A stretch of 64,000 bases of DNA from an uncultured Gammaproteobacteria bacterium (GTDB lineage Bacteria > Patescibacteriota > Patescibacteriia > Patescibacteriales > BS150m-G62): the NCBI GenBank assembly GCA_964569045.1, contig CAZMSR010000003.1, positions 23,492-87,491 of the forward strand. Reading direction: 5' to 3'. How positions within the stretch are numbered: position 1 is the first letter of the stretch; every line of letters starts with the position of its first letter. This document shows positions 9,867-18,998 of the stretch, piece after piece. The notes beneath the pieces were generated by a model that saw nothing but the letters and a program-made list of their open reading frames with translations, was not told where the DNA came from and made no database searches. Position numbers and translations under genes: made by a program.

Positions 9867-10346
9867 CTAAGTTTTTTTAGTAGGTGTATTTTTTTTGTTT
9901 TTTATTAGTTTGTCTAATTCTTGGGCAAATTCTTCTATGTCTTCAAATGATTGATAAACTGAAGCAAACCTAATGTATGCAACTTTATCAATTTTTTTTA
10001 GCTGGTTCATTATTATTTTTCCAATTTTTTCAGTTGAAACTTCATTTTTATTATTTGCTTGAATATCACGCTCTATTGAATTGATTAATTTTTTAAAATT
10101 ATTTTCTGTTATTGGTCGTTTTTCAAGAGCTTTTTTAAGACCTTTGATTAATTTGTCTCGTGAATAAGGCTCTTTTTTATTATTACTTTTTAATATTGTT
10201 AGATCTAAAATTTCCATTTCTTCGTAGGTCGAGTATCTAAAATTACATTTTAAACATTCTCTTCTTCTTCGAATAGAAAATCCATCACCTGCTGCGCGTG
10301 AATCCACTACTTTTGTGTCATTGTGATGACAAATTGGACAATTCAT
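9867..10346 (-). CDS. nrdR: transcriptional repressor NrdR
   Basis: N-terminal zinc ribbon (MNCPICHHND...CLKC) followed by an ATP-cone. Lies directly upstream of nrdD. Confidence 0.9.
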   Translation of the reverse strand: MNCPICHHNDTKVVDSRAAGDGFSIRRRRECLKCNFRYSTYEEMEILDLTILKSNNKKEPYSRDKLIKGLKKALEKRPITENNFKKLINSIERDIQANNKNEVSTEKIGKIIMNQLKKIDKVAYIRFASVYQSFEDIEEFAQELDKLIKNKKNTPTKKT

Positions 10347-10358
10347 GTATATTAGTTA

Positions 10359-10407
10359 GCACTATATCTTGTGTAGTATGAATAAACTTATCTACAACAT
10401 ATTGTGT
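10359..10407. promoter_or_regulatory. tandem NrdR-box-like palindromes upstream of nrdR-nrdD-nrdG
   Basis: GCACTATATCTTGTGT (10359-10374) and CTACAACATATTGTGT (10392-10407) match the acaCwAtATaTwGtgt consensus at 14/16 and 13/16 positions. Centre-to-centre spacing is 33 bp. Confidence 0.55.
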
Positions 10408-10949
10408 TAATAACTTAATTATATCATTCGTAAATTTAGTGTCAAACAATGAAAAATAATGCCTTATGATAGAGAAAAATAAGAGAAATATTTTGTTTTA
10501 AGTTTGAAAATTTAGTAAAGTTTGTGGATAAAAAATATAATATAATAGATGATGATTTTTTAAATAAATAAAAAATCGTAGTTATTTTAAAATTCTACAT
10601 AATTTAATTGATTTTTTATTGTATTCTATCTTAATATTCTATCCTAATATTCTGTATACTATATATTAAAAATAAACCTAATACAGAATTATAAATATTT
10701 ACATACTTAAAAGAAGATTTTGCTAAACGATTTAAAATTGAAGAATATATGACAGTATAAACCGAAGGGCAAGAGGTAAAAGAGAATTATTTAAGGCTCG
10801 AACCTCACGAAATAGGCATTATTAAAGCACAAAACAGGGCTATTAACCCTGCTTGTTCTAATGAGTAGGTCGAACTGGTTGATACTCGAACCTGTTTTGA
10901 GATGCTAGTTAAATTAATTAGTGAAATAAAACTCAATTTACATTAAAAA

Positions 10950-11810
10950 TCACAATAAGCCTCTTGACTGTAAATATAACTTCATTTCATTTTTAACCGC
11001 ATCGAAATATCTAAAATCATTTTCTCTCGCACCCCTATTAATTCGTCCGGCTGGTTTACTTTTACCAAAGTCAATTACTCTAGGATCACCAGTTTTCTTG
11101 TCAATCATAATATTGCCCATATGAAAGTCATTATGATAAAACTTTCCTTGTAAATGTATAGCAATTAAATATTCTTTTAATTTTTTAAAAAATATTTCAA
11201 AATCAAAATTCTCAGGTAATGTCGCTCCGTGATGCATAACATCACCTAGTGTAACAGCATCCAATCGCTCCATTTTAATAATATGATAGTCTCCCATATC
11301 AATAACGCCATCAACTTTTGGGCACTTAGCACCATCAATATTTAAATCTTGTAAAACACTTTGAATTTCAACTTCTCCTGTAACAGAATTCACATCTTCA
11401 TTTTCGTAATTTTTTAAATGATAAATTATTTTATAACATACATCGCTATTATTTTCAGCATAAACTACTCCAAAACTACCAGGAAAACCAATCATAGAGC
11501 CATTACTCTTGGCTTTTCTTGCACCATTGTAAATTTTAGATATGTATAAAAAATCTTCTCTTAATTTACCATCATTTTCTGAGTTAGATTTATTTTCTTC
11601 TAATGATTCCCTGACTTTATTTAACCAATCGTTAAGGTTAGTTAAAATTTGTTCAGAAATTTCATGATATTTTATCTCTAACTCAGGGACTTCAACTAAA
11701 GGGATACCTTCTTTATTTCTTAATCTTTGTTTAGCAGAGCTAGTTAATTTTTCTTCAACTGATTCTTTGCGCATCATTCTTGGCTTTATAGGTCGATTTT
11801 CAAAACTCAT
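10950..11810 (-). CDS. protein-kinase-like fold protein (HxDxxxxN catalytic loop, DFG)
   Basis: HNDFHMGN and IDFGKS motifs of the eukaryotic-like/APH kinase superfamily. Confidence 0.5.
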   Translation of the reverse strand: MSFENRPIKPRMMRKESVEEKLTSSAKQRLRNKEGIPLVEVPELEIKYHEISEQILTNLNDWLNKVRESLEENKSNSENDGKLREDFLYISKIYNGARKAKSNGSMIGFPGSFGVVYAENNSDVCYKIIYHLKNYENEDVNSVTGEVEIQSVLQDLNIDGAKCPKVDGVIDMGDYHIIKMERLDAVTLGDVMHHGATLPENFDFEIFFKKLKEYLIAIHLQGKFYHNDFHMGNIMIDKKTGDPRVIDFGKSKPAGRINRGARENDFRYFDAVKNEMKLYLQSRGLL

Positions 11811-11868
11811 ATCTTAAACTATATAAAAAGCCTTTCTGTTATTTTTCAAACAAAAAGGCAAAGATTAG

Positions 11869-12204
11869 TTAATGCATTTGTTTATCGCAAGTAATAAAAT
11901 TTTGACCTTTTATGGTAAAACGTCTCATTACCAAATATTCTTTTGGAACAAATTTAGGCATTTCTGCTTTACTTGATTCATTTATTAAAAAATAATTTTT
12001 ACCATAATAGCTATCTAATAACCACATAGCTTTCTTGCCGGATTTGATTAGATTTTCTGCTGTTTTTTTTGCATCAGCGTCTATACCTGGTGACTTCACC
12101 CCAAAGTCTTTTAAATCAATAATTCCGACTTTAGCAAAAAGCCCTTGTAAATCTTCTGATAAATAATTCATTCCTGACGTAGCTGTCATTTTTTTATCTT
12201 CCAT
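11869..12204 (-). CDS. hypothetical protein
   Basis: 111-aa ORF co-oriented with the kinase-like gene. No recognisable motifs. Confidence 0.35.
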   Translation of the reverse strand: MEDKKMTATSGMNYLSEDLQGLFAKVGIIDLKDFGVKSPGIDADAKKTAENLIKSGKKAMWLLDSYYGKNYFLINESSKAEMPKFVPKEYLVMRRFTIKGQNFITCDKQMH

Positions 12205-12423
12205 GATTATCGTACATTAACTAACTATATATAAATTATCATCAATTATATATTTAGTCAAATTTTATAATTATCTATATCTAATTACTATACTACCTTT
12301 AATGTAATAATATCATCTAGGCTTAGGATTGTGAAGTGGATGTTTGCTAAAAATTGATAAACAGGTTTGAACTTGTTTTACGGGTACTAAAACAACCCTG
12401 ATAAACACAGGGTTATTTCGATG

Positions 12424-12497
12424 TGGACGTAAGTGGACTCGAACCACTGACCTCTACGATGTCAACGTAGTGCTCTAACCAGCTGAGCTATACGTCC
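12424..12497 (-). tRNA. tRNA-Val (anticodon GAC)
   Basis: Reverse complement: GGACGTA acceptor, D arm GCTCAGCTGGTTAGAGC, anticodon loop TTGACAT, T arm AGTGG-TTCGAGT-CCACT, discriminator A. Confidence 0.85.
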
Positions 12498-12677
12498 AAT
12501 TTTTGAATGCTTAGACGTTTTTGGTAAATTTTTGCGTCAGATTTGCGATATTCGTTTAGCCTGTATTTAATTACGTCTTGTTTTATTTTCTAGTCTTCCT
12601 TGAATTTTTATTTAAACGTTTAAGTTTTAAATTATTTATAGATAAATGTGAAGAGTATGATTTTTGACTATTAAATG

Positions 12678-12750
12678 TAGGTGTAGATGGAATTGAACCA
12701 TCGACCCCCGCGTTATAAGCGCGGTGCTCTAACCCCTGAGCTATACACCC
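12678..12750 (-). tRNA. tRNA-Ile (anticodon TAT/UAU)
   Basis: Reverse complement: GGGTGTA-TA-GCTCAGGGGTTAGAGC-A-CCGCG-CTTATAA-CGCGG-GGGTC-GATGG-TTCAATT-CCATC-TACACCT-A. The anticodon loop gives UAU. The acceptor stem has a G1-U72 wobble pair. Confidence 0.7.
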
Positions 12751-13060
12751 CCTTAATTTTGATTAGTAAATCATTAATTCTTGATTTTGTCGATTGGATT
12801 TATAGTTAATGAATTGATGATTGATTTTATTTGTTATTGTTTCTCTTTGACCTGATTTTATTTAATCATCTTGTGTGTTTTTTTTCAATAGTTTGTATTG
12901 TACTGTCGTATTGCACTGTTCTTTTTGAAGTTTTTTTTGTTATGTAATTTTTATACATTCGTTTATGATTAGTAGTGTTTATTATTTGATTAATTTTGGT
13001 TATTTAGTTGAGTTGTAATATATTTTTATTGAATTTAGTTTATTTGTGAATTAATTAACA

Positions 13061-13561
13061 TTGTTTTATAATATGTATATGAGAATATTACTTGATAGAA
13101 TAATGAAGAATCAAATAAACAGACTAAATAGAGGTCATATTTTTGATGCTGAAAATGATGAGCTAGGTTTTAACAATACTTGGTCCGGTATGGTTGAGCA
13201 AATTGGGCAACTCGCTATTGATGTTTATGAAACAAGTGATGAATATGTTGTGGTATCTACTATAGCCGGTGTTAGTATTGAAAGTCTTGAGATTTCTATG
13301 AATAATGATATGTTGACAATAAAAGGAGAAAGAGTAAAACATATAGATGGTGATCATAAGGATGAAAGAAAAATTAAAAAAAGAATGGTTAATTATATTT
13401 ATCAGGAGTGTTTTTGGGGCAAATTTTCCCGTTCAATAATTTTGCCAAAAGATATAAAAATTGAAAAAATAAAAGCGAGTTTAGAAAATGGTATATTAAA
13501 GATTGTGTTGCCGATTAATAGAATGAAAAAACAAACAATAATAAAAGTAAAAGAAAAATAA
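13061..13561 (+). CDS. Hsp20/alpha-crystallin family small heat-shock protein
   Basis: Alpha-crystallin domain signature (AIDVYETSDEYVV...GILKIVLP). The start could be one of several nearby Met codons. Confidence 0.8.
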   Translation: MFYNMYMRILLDRIMKNQINRLNRGHIFDAENDELGFNNTWSGMVEQIGQLAIDVYETSDEYVVVSTIAGVSIESLEISMNNDMLTIKGERVKHIDGDHKDERKIKKRMVNYIYQECFWGKFSRSIILPKDIKIEKIKASLENGILKIVLPINRMKKQTIIKVKEK

Positions 13562-13570
13562 AATAATATT

Positions 13571-13786
13571 ATGTTAGTAAGGTTAACAGTTGATCGATTT
13601 TGTAAGGGTGCAGTTGTTTTAAAATCTGAAGATAATTTTACGTTTGTGTGGCCACAGGCAAAATTACCACAAAGTGCAAAAGTTGGATCAGTGTTGGTGT
13701 TTAATATTTTAGGAGATTGCGTTGATGACGATGATTCAAGATTTATTGCAAGAGAGATTTTGAATGAAATTTTAAATACGAGTTAG
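13571..13786 (+). CDS. hypothetical small protein
   Basis: 71-aa ORF tightly packed between hsp20 and the VanW-family gene. Confidence 0.4.
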   Translation: MLVRLTVDRFCKGAVVLKSEDNFTFVWPQAKLPQSAKVGSVLVFNILGDCVDDDDSRFIAREILNEILNTS

Positions 13787-13794
13787 AAGATGAA

Positions 13795-15741
13795 ATGAAT
13801 ATTTTTAGGAAAGACAAAAAAAATAATTTTTTGAATTTATTTTTAAACTCAATCATTGGAGTTCTTATTTTTTTTATAATAGTGGCAATATTTGCTACAA
13901 TTTTAATTTTCGCATATTTGGTTTTTGAAAAGAAGTATGAAGCTAGAATTTATCCTGGAGTTTATTTGAAGAATATGAATTTAAGCGGAATGACTTATGA
14001 AGAAGCTAGTGAGGAATTTAAAAAAGAAATTTCTTTAATTAATCAGGAGGGAATTTTGTTTTATTATTATGATTTTAATTCAAAAGCGAGTAATAGCTTA
14101 AGAAAAACAACTTTGTATCCGCTTGTTTCATCATTTTCTGGTGATATTGCTTATGAGATAATTGATTTTGATATAAATAAATCAATTGAGCAGGCATTTA
14201 AAATTGGACGTAATAATAGTTTTATTGAAAACGCTAAAGAAAAAATTAATGCGTATATGAATGGAATTGAGGTTGGTATTTATTCAGATGTGAATGAGTT
14301 AGAGGTCGAGAAGATTCTAAAAGCTCATTTTGGTAAATATGAAATACCGGCTGTTAATGCAAAGCTCCTTAAGGGAGTTGATGTTAATAAGAATATTGTA
14401 TTTTCAGTTACTAAAGAGAAAAATGGCTACATAATAAACTATAAAAATAGTATTGAAGAGTTGAAAGAAAATTTAGCAGTGTTAAGTACTGCGCCTATTG
14501 AACTTATTAGTGTGATTGATACACCTGTTGTTTATCAAGAAGATGGTTTAAAAGCAGCTAGTCGCGCTAATGAGATTTTGTCTTTTGCACCATTTTTATT
14601 ATCTTATTCCGGTAACTCGCAGTTAAATATTTTTCCAAAAGAATGGAAGATATCAAGAAATACATTAGCTGATTGGTTGATTATTAAAAAAGGGTTTAGC
14701 AGAGGAGCGCAAATTGGTTTTAATGGTGTTGTGCACGATTTTTTAGAAAAAGAAGTTGCACCCTTTATAAATGTGGAGCCACTTGATGCTAAATTGGAAG
14801 TGAAAAATGGTAAGGTTGTAGAATTTCAAACAGGAAAAGATGGTTTATTTTTAGACACTAATAAAACAGTAAAAAATTTAGAGGATAGGGTTATAAATAG
14901 AAAGCATAGCACGATAGTAAAAGAAACTAATGACGCAAAAAAAATAGAAGTAATTCATAAAGAGGTTATTGCAAAACACACGAATGATATAAATGATATG
15001 GGAATAAAAGAGGTTATCGGTATAGGGAAATCTGATTTTACCGGCTCTCCATTTAATAGGAGGCATAATATTAAAACAGGTATAAATGCGTTGAATGGAA
15101 TAATAATTGCGCCAAAAGAAGAATTTTCATTAATTGAGGCTTTAGGAGATATTGATGATGTTAATGGGTATTTACCGGAGTTAGTTATAAAAAGTGGAAA
15201 AACAATTCCTGAATTTGGTGGCGGTTTGTGTCAAGTAGGCACTACTCTTTTTAGGACAGTATTAGCGTCTGGTTTGCCTGTTACTCAACGTCGAAATCAT
15301 TCTTATCGCGTCGGGTATTATGAACCGGCAGGTACAGATGCCACTATTTATGACCCATGGCCTGATTTTAGATTTAAAAACGACACAGAAAAATATTTGC
15401 TATTACAGACTTATATGGAAGAAAATGAATTGCGTTTTGAATTATGGGGTACTCAAGATGGTAGAGTTGCATCAACAACTTATCCAGTGATTTATAATAT
15501 TGTTGAACCCGGGCCAAAAAAAATTATAGAAACTATAGATTTAGAGCCTGGGAAAGAAAAATGCACTGAAAGTGCTCATGCCGGGGCTGATGCTTATTTT
15601 GATTATTTTGTAAAGTATTTAGGCGGTGAGAAAAAAGAACGTAGATTTAAATCTCACTATGTGCCATGGCAGGAGGTTTGCCTAGTTGGAGTTGAGGAAT
15701 TATCTGCTTCTTCAACAAAAGAGGATGTTATGGCTAACTAA
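13795..15741 (+). CDS. VanW family protein with N-terminal membrane anchor
   Basis: N-terminal TM helix; C-terminal GGGLCQVGTTLFRTVLASGLPVTQRRNHSYRV matches the VanW core motif. Confidence 0.8.
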   Translation: MNIFRKDKKNNFLNLFLNSIIGVLIFFIIVAIFATILIFAYLVFEKKYEARIYPGVYLKNMNLSGMTYEEASEEFKKEISLINQEGILFYYYDFNSKASNSLRKTTLYPLVSSFSGDIAYEIIDFDINKSIEQAFKIGRNNSFIENAKEKINAYMNGIEVGIYSDVNELEVEKILKAHFGKYEIPAVNAKLLKGVDVNKNIVFSVTKEKNGYIINYKNSIEELKENLAVLSTAPIELISVIDTPVVYQEDGLKAASRANEILSFAPFLLSYSGNSQLNIFPKEWKISRNTLADWLIIKKGFSRGAQIGFNGVVHDFLEKEVAPFINVEPLDAKLEVKNGKVVEFQTGKDGLFLDTNKTVKNLEDRVINRKHSTIVKETNDAKKIEVIHKEVIAKHTNDINDMGIKEVIGIGKSDFTGSPFNRRHNIKTGINALNGIIIAPKEEFSLIEALGDIDDVNGYLPELVIKSGKTIPEFGGGLCQVGTTLFRTVLASGLPVTQRRNHSYRVGYYEPAGTDATIYDPWPDFRFKNDTEKYLLLQTYMEENELRFELWGTQDGRVASTTYPVIYNIVEPGPKKIIETIDLEPGKEKCTESAHAGADAYFDYFVKYLGGEKKERRFKSHYVPWQEVCLVGVEELSASSTKEDVMAN

Positions 15742-15750
15742 TAAAAAAAC

Positions 15751-15776
15751 CCACTTATGAAAAAGGTGGATTTTTT
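15751..15776 (+). terminator. weak rho-independent terminator after the VanW-family gene
   Basis: CCAC(T)...(G)GTGG short stem followed by TTTTTT. Confidence 0.4.
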
Positions 15777-15811
15777 AAGTTGTGAGTTTGGTGGTAGTTC
15801 CCAAGATCAGT

Positions 15812-15907
15812 TTAGGCGGGCAGGCAAGAAATTTTTGCCAGGAGTTGTTTAGCCGGAGCCATACAATCCAGGCAAGAAATCCCCATGCTTGTCGTGCCTG
15901 TCCCGCC
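15812..15907. other. GC-rich structured element (candidate small ncRNA or cis-regulatory RNA)
   Basis: GGCGGGCAGG at the 5' end pairs with CCTG-T-CCCGCC at the 3' end. Inside are a GGCAA/TTGCC hairpin and two copies of CAGGCAAGAAAT. GC content is far above the local background. Confidence 0.3.
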
Positions 15908-15981
15908 AAAAATGATCTTGAATTTTTGATCGTCTACTGTTAAACTAACTTGACATATTATCTTAACATCAATAAAAATAT

Positions 15982-17433
15982 ATGTCAAGACTTAAAGTTC
16001 AAAAATTACGTTTTTGGCTTTTTTGTATACTAATATTAGTTATTTTTGTATTATTTTATTTGGCAATAATTCCTTTTGGTTCAGTTTTATATGTTTACAA
16101 GCCATGGAATAATGGGTCATTTTGGGAAAAGCTTAGTCCTGACTCTAGGCTAGATAAATTAGTCGAAGGTTCACAAAGAATAATCGGTAATCCGGTATAT
16201 ATAAATTTAAGAACATCAAGACCATTTGATATAGCTAATATCAAGATAAAATACAGATTTTCAGATAAAGTAAAAATTTCTAATAGAATTATTGAAATTG
16301 GATCTTTAGTAGATTCTAATTTATGGCGTTATGATTTAAAGCCAATCCATAATGGAGTTTTAAATAAATTAAAAAATAAATGGAATGTTTTAGAGGATCA
16401 TGGTGTTATGTTGTTTTCTAGAAATGCAGAATTATTAAATTTAGAAGATTTTTTTCAAAATATGCCTAATTTGAGTGAGATTGCTTTGTATAATTATAAA
16501 CATGACTTTGATTTTAAAATTAAGAATCATAGACCATTGGAGAGCATCAAAACAATAAAAAATTCTTTAAAAGGTGATTATTCGTTTTATTTTTATGTTG
16601 GGGAAAAAGAGAACATATTTTTTGATTTTTTATTTACTGATTTGAATCAATCTAAAGGTATAGATCCGGTAGTTATTTATTTGTATTTTAAGGATCAGGT
16701 AATAGCTTATCAAAAACTTGATGATGATGGAGTAGATAATGATAGTGGAATAATTAAAACTGATCGATCATTAAAATTTGATCTAGCATTAATGCCAGGA
16801 GGGGTGTATAAAATAGAAGTTAGAGCACAAGAAGATATAATTTCTAAAAAGATATTAACAAAGCACAATAAACTTAGTTTTATTAATAAAATTTGGATAG
16901 TTGAAGGAGGATTAGAGGAAGGTATTCAAGTTTTTACAGACTCTAAAAGTATTAGTTTTAATACAGTTAATCCCGGGAGTTTACAAGTCTTTAAGTTAAA
17001 TGATGAAGAGTTTGCTATAAAAAAGACTTATAAACAATATAGCATGAGTGCAACTAATGATGTTTCTCGGATTTTTTTGAAAAAAGGAGATATAATATTG
17101 GCCGGTGACGGTGTGTTTAGTTTTAGTAAGAAAGCTTTAATGAATCCTAATTTAAGAAAGGTGAATGTTAACTTTAAAATTAATCATAATGTTAATTACG
17201 TCTTGGCTGATTACAGTATCCCAAAGTTTTTAGATGGTTGGTACGAGTCAAGTGCTAAATTTGATTTAAGAAGAAGTTATCGAGAAAATGGAAAATATAA
17301 TTTTTTAATATCAATCCCCGGGCTAAAAGCAGATGATGATATTGAAGATTGGGTGGAGATAAAAGAGATTGAAGTAGAATTGAGTGGAAAAAGTATATAT
17401 GATTGGTTTAGGGAAAAAATAAATTCAATATGA
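15982..17433 (+). CDS. hypothetical membrane-anchored protein of the glycan locus
   Basis: N-terminal TM helix and a 480-aa soluble region. The stop overlaps the downstream GT4 start (ATGA). Confidence 0.55.
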   Translation: MSRLKVQKLRFWLFCILILVIFVLFYLAIIPFGSVLYVYKPWNNGSFWEKLSPDSRLDKLVEGSQRIIGNPVYINLRTSRPFDIANIKIKYRFSDKVKISNRIIEIGSLVDSNLWRYDLKPIHNGVLNKLKNKWNVLEDHGVMLFSRNAELLNLEDFFQNMPNLSEIALYNYKHDFDFKIKNHRPLESIKTIKNSLKGDYSFYFYVGEKENIFFDFLFTDLNQSKGIDPVVIYLYFKDQVIAYQKLDDDGVDNDSGIIKTDRSLKFDLALMPGGVYKIEVRAQEDIISKKILTKHNKLSFINKIWIVEGGLEEGIQVFTDSKSISFNTVNPGSLQVFKLNDEEFAIKKTYKQYSMSATNDVSRIFLKKGDIILAGDGVFSFSKKALMNPNLRKVNVNFKINHNVNYVLADYSIPKFLDGWYESSAKFDLRRSYRENGKYNFLISIPGLKADDDIEDWVEIKEIEVELSGKSIYDWFREKINSI

Positions 17434-18515
17434 ATGTTTTATTATTTACATTAGAATATCCCCCTTTTTACGGTGGAGTTGCTAATTATTATGAGGCTTT
17501 GGTTAAGTATTGCCCAGCAAGACATAATATTTTTGTAATAAATAATAATAAGAAAAAGTTATTAAGCAATAAGTTACCTTTTTTAAAATGGTTGCCTGCT
17601 ATATTAATTTTATATAGAGAGATTAAAAAAAGAAAAATTGATTATATTATTGTGGGCCATCTTTTGCCACTTGGTGTAGTTGTTTATCTACTTTCTATTT
17701 TTTTTAAATTTAAATATGCAGTTGTTTTGCATGGTACTGATTTTTCTTTCGCCGTGCGAGAATCTAGAAAGAAAATTATTTCAATAATGATACTAAAAAA
17801 AGCATCAAATATAATATGTGCTAATAGTTATACCGCCTCTCTGGTAAAAGATTTTTTAAATAATAAAAACAAGGTTAGCGTAGTGAATCCTGGAATTAAT
17901 AGGCAATTTAGAAATATTGATGAATCTTTGGTTGTAAGTATTAAAAATAAATATAATTTACGCAATAAATATGTTTTACTATCAGTTGGTAGATTGGTAA
18001 GGAGAAAGGGGTTTGATAATGTGATTAAAGCTGTTAGTAAAATATTGAAGCAAATACCTGATTTAGTGTATGTAATTATTGGTAGTGGGGAAGATAGGAG
18101 TTATTTAGAGAATTTAATTAAGACTCATGAAGCACGAAAGAATGTAATAATATTAGATGCAGTTAATGATGATAAAAAATGGGCATGGTATAATATATGT
18201 GATTGTTTTATAATGACTTCGCGTAATATTGATGGGGATTATGAAGGTTTTGGAATTGTTTATTTAGAAGCAGGCTTATTTGGTAAGCCAATTGTGGCCG
18301 GTGATAGCGGAGGAGTGAGGGATATTATTCAAGACAGATTTAATGGAATATTAGTAAATTCTGAAGATGTGAGCAATATAAGTAGCGCAATACTTCGGTT
18401 ATATAAGGAAGAGGGATTAAGAAGTGAATTAGGAGAACAGGCAATGATAAATGTGCAAAGTGATTTTTTTTGGGAAAGGAGGGTAGAGGATTTTTATTCT
18501 GCTATTGAACGTTAA
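17430..18515 (+). CDS. glycosyltransferase family 4 (GT-B fold)
   Basis: GFGIVYLEAGLFGKPIVAGDSGG motif (E-x7-E region of GT4). Confidence 0.85.
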   Translation: MNVLLFTLEYPPFYGGVANYYEALVKYCPARHNIFVINNNKKKLLSNKLPFLKWLPAILILYREIKKRKIDYIIVGHLLPLGVVVYLLSIFFKFKYAVVLHGTDFSFAVRESRKKIISIMILKKASNIICANSYTASLVKDFLNNKNKVSVVNPGINRQFRNIDESLVVSIKNKYNLRNKYVLLSVGRLVRRKGFDNVIKAVSKILKQIPDLVYVIIGSGEDRSYLENLIKTHEARKNVIILDAVNDDKKWAWYNICDCFIMTSRNIDGDYEGFGIVYLEAGLFGKPIVAGDSGGVRDIIQDRFNGILVNSEDVSNISSAILRLYKEEGLRSELGEQAMINVQSDFFWERRVEDFYSAIER

Positions 18516-18599
18516 AGAATGTGGTTGAAAAAAAATAAAAAACTGCTCGAGCCGGTTGCTTGGCAGTAGTTATTTATTAAAAAGGGCGATGAGTAGAAT

Positions 18600-18920
18600 T
18601 TATGCGAGACACAATCCTTTGTCATTGAATATTGAATATTTTCTATTTTGTGTTAGTTCGTTGTTGCTATTTGCTGTTTTTTTAGCAAGTGCTTCACGCA
18701 GTGTTCTGTGTGTTGTATGTATGTTTGGATTGCTGTTACAGACTACTCTGTAATGTTCATGTGGTGCAACGATGATGTGAAGAAAATTTTTAAAATTTTC
18801 GTCAATATAGTGAGTTGTTATAGTGTTTTTTGCGTTAGATAATGGTGTAAACGGATAATGAGCTGGAATTTGGTTAGTTACAAGGGTGCTTTTTATTAGC
18901 TTGTTTGTAATGTTCGACAT
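18600..18920 (-). CDS. hypothetical protein (doubtful)
   Basis: 106-aa ORF in a 480-bp gap between glycosyltransferase genes. No motifs. An overlapping plus-strand ORF also exists. Confidence 0.2.
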   Translation of the reverse strand: MSNITNKLIKSTLVTNQIPAHYPFTPLSNAKNTITTHYIDENFKNFLHIIVAPHEHYRVVCNSNPNIHTTHRTLREALAKKTANSNNELTQNRKYSIFNDKGLCLA

Positions 18921-18998
18921 TTTTGACTCCAGGTTGAAGCATGCATGATTGATAAAGAAATAGAATCATAAAAATATTATACTGTATATTATTTTAAT

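Noticed and set aside
10620-10665. Short tandem repeats as a possible CRISPR array
   Set aside because: Only three degenerate ~13-nt units with no spacer/repeat periodicity of 25-40 nt and no cas genes nearby.
10790-10900. tRNA-like TCGAACC fragments as intact tRNA genes or tmRNA
   Set aside because: No cloverleaf can be drawn, because the T stems do not pair. There is no tmRNA 5' GGGG...TTCGAC or tag ORF.
12820-12860. CtsR-like heptad (GGTCAAA) upstream of hsp20
   Set aside because: Only one heptad matches and the second repeat is absent. No CIRCE or HAIR element was recognisable.
15800-15915. GC-rich element as bacterial SRP (4.5S) RNA
   Set aside because: Lacks the conserved GGAA/GNRA tetraloop and the AGCAGC symmetric-loop motif that I can recognise by eye. 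Kept only as an unclassified structured element.
18516-18998. 480-bp gap as an RNase P RNA, tmRNA or other housekeeping RNA
   Set aside because: No P4 (AGGAAAGTCCGG) or tmRNA signature sequences were found. It is left as a doubtful 106-aa ORF.
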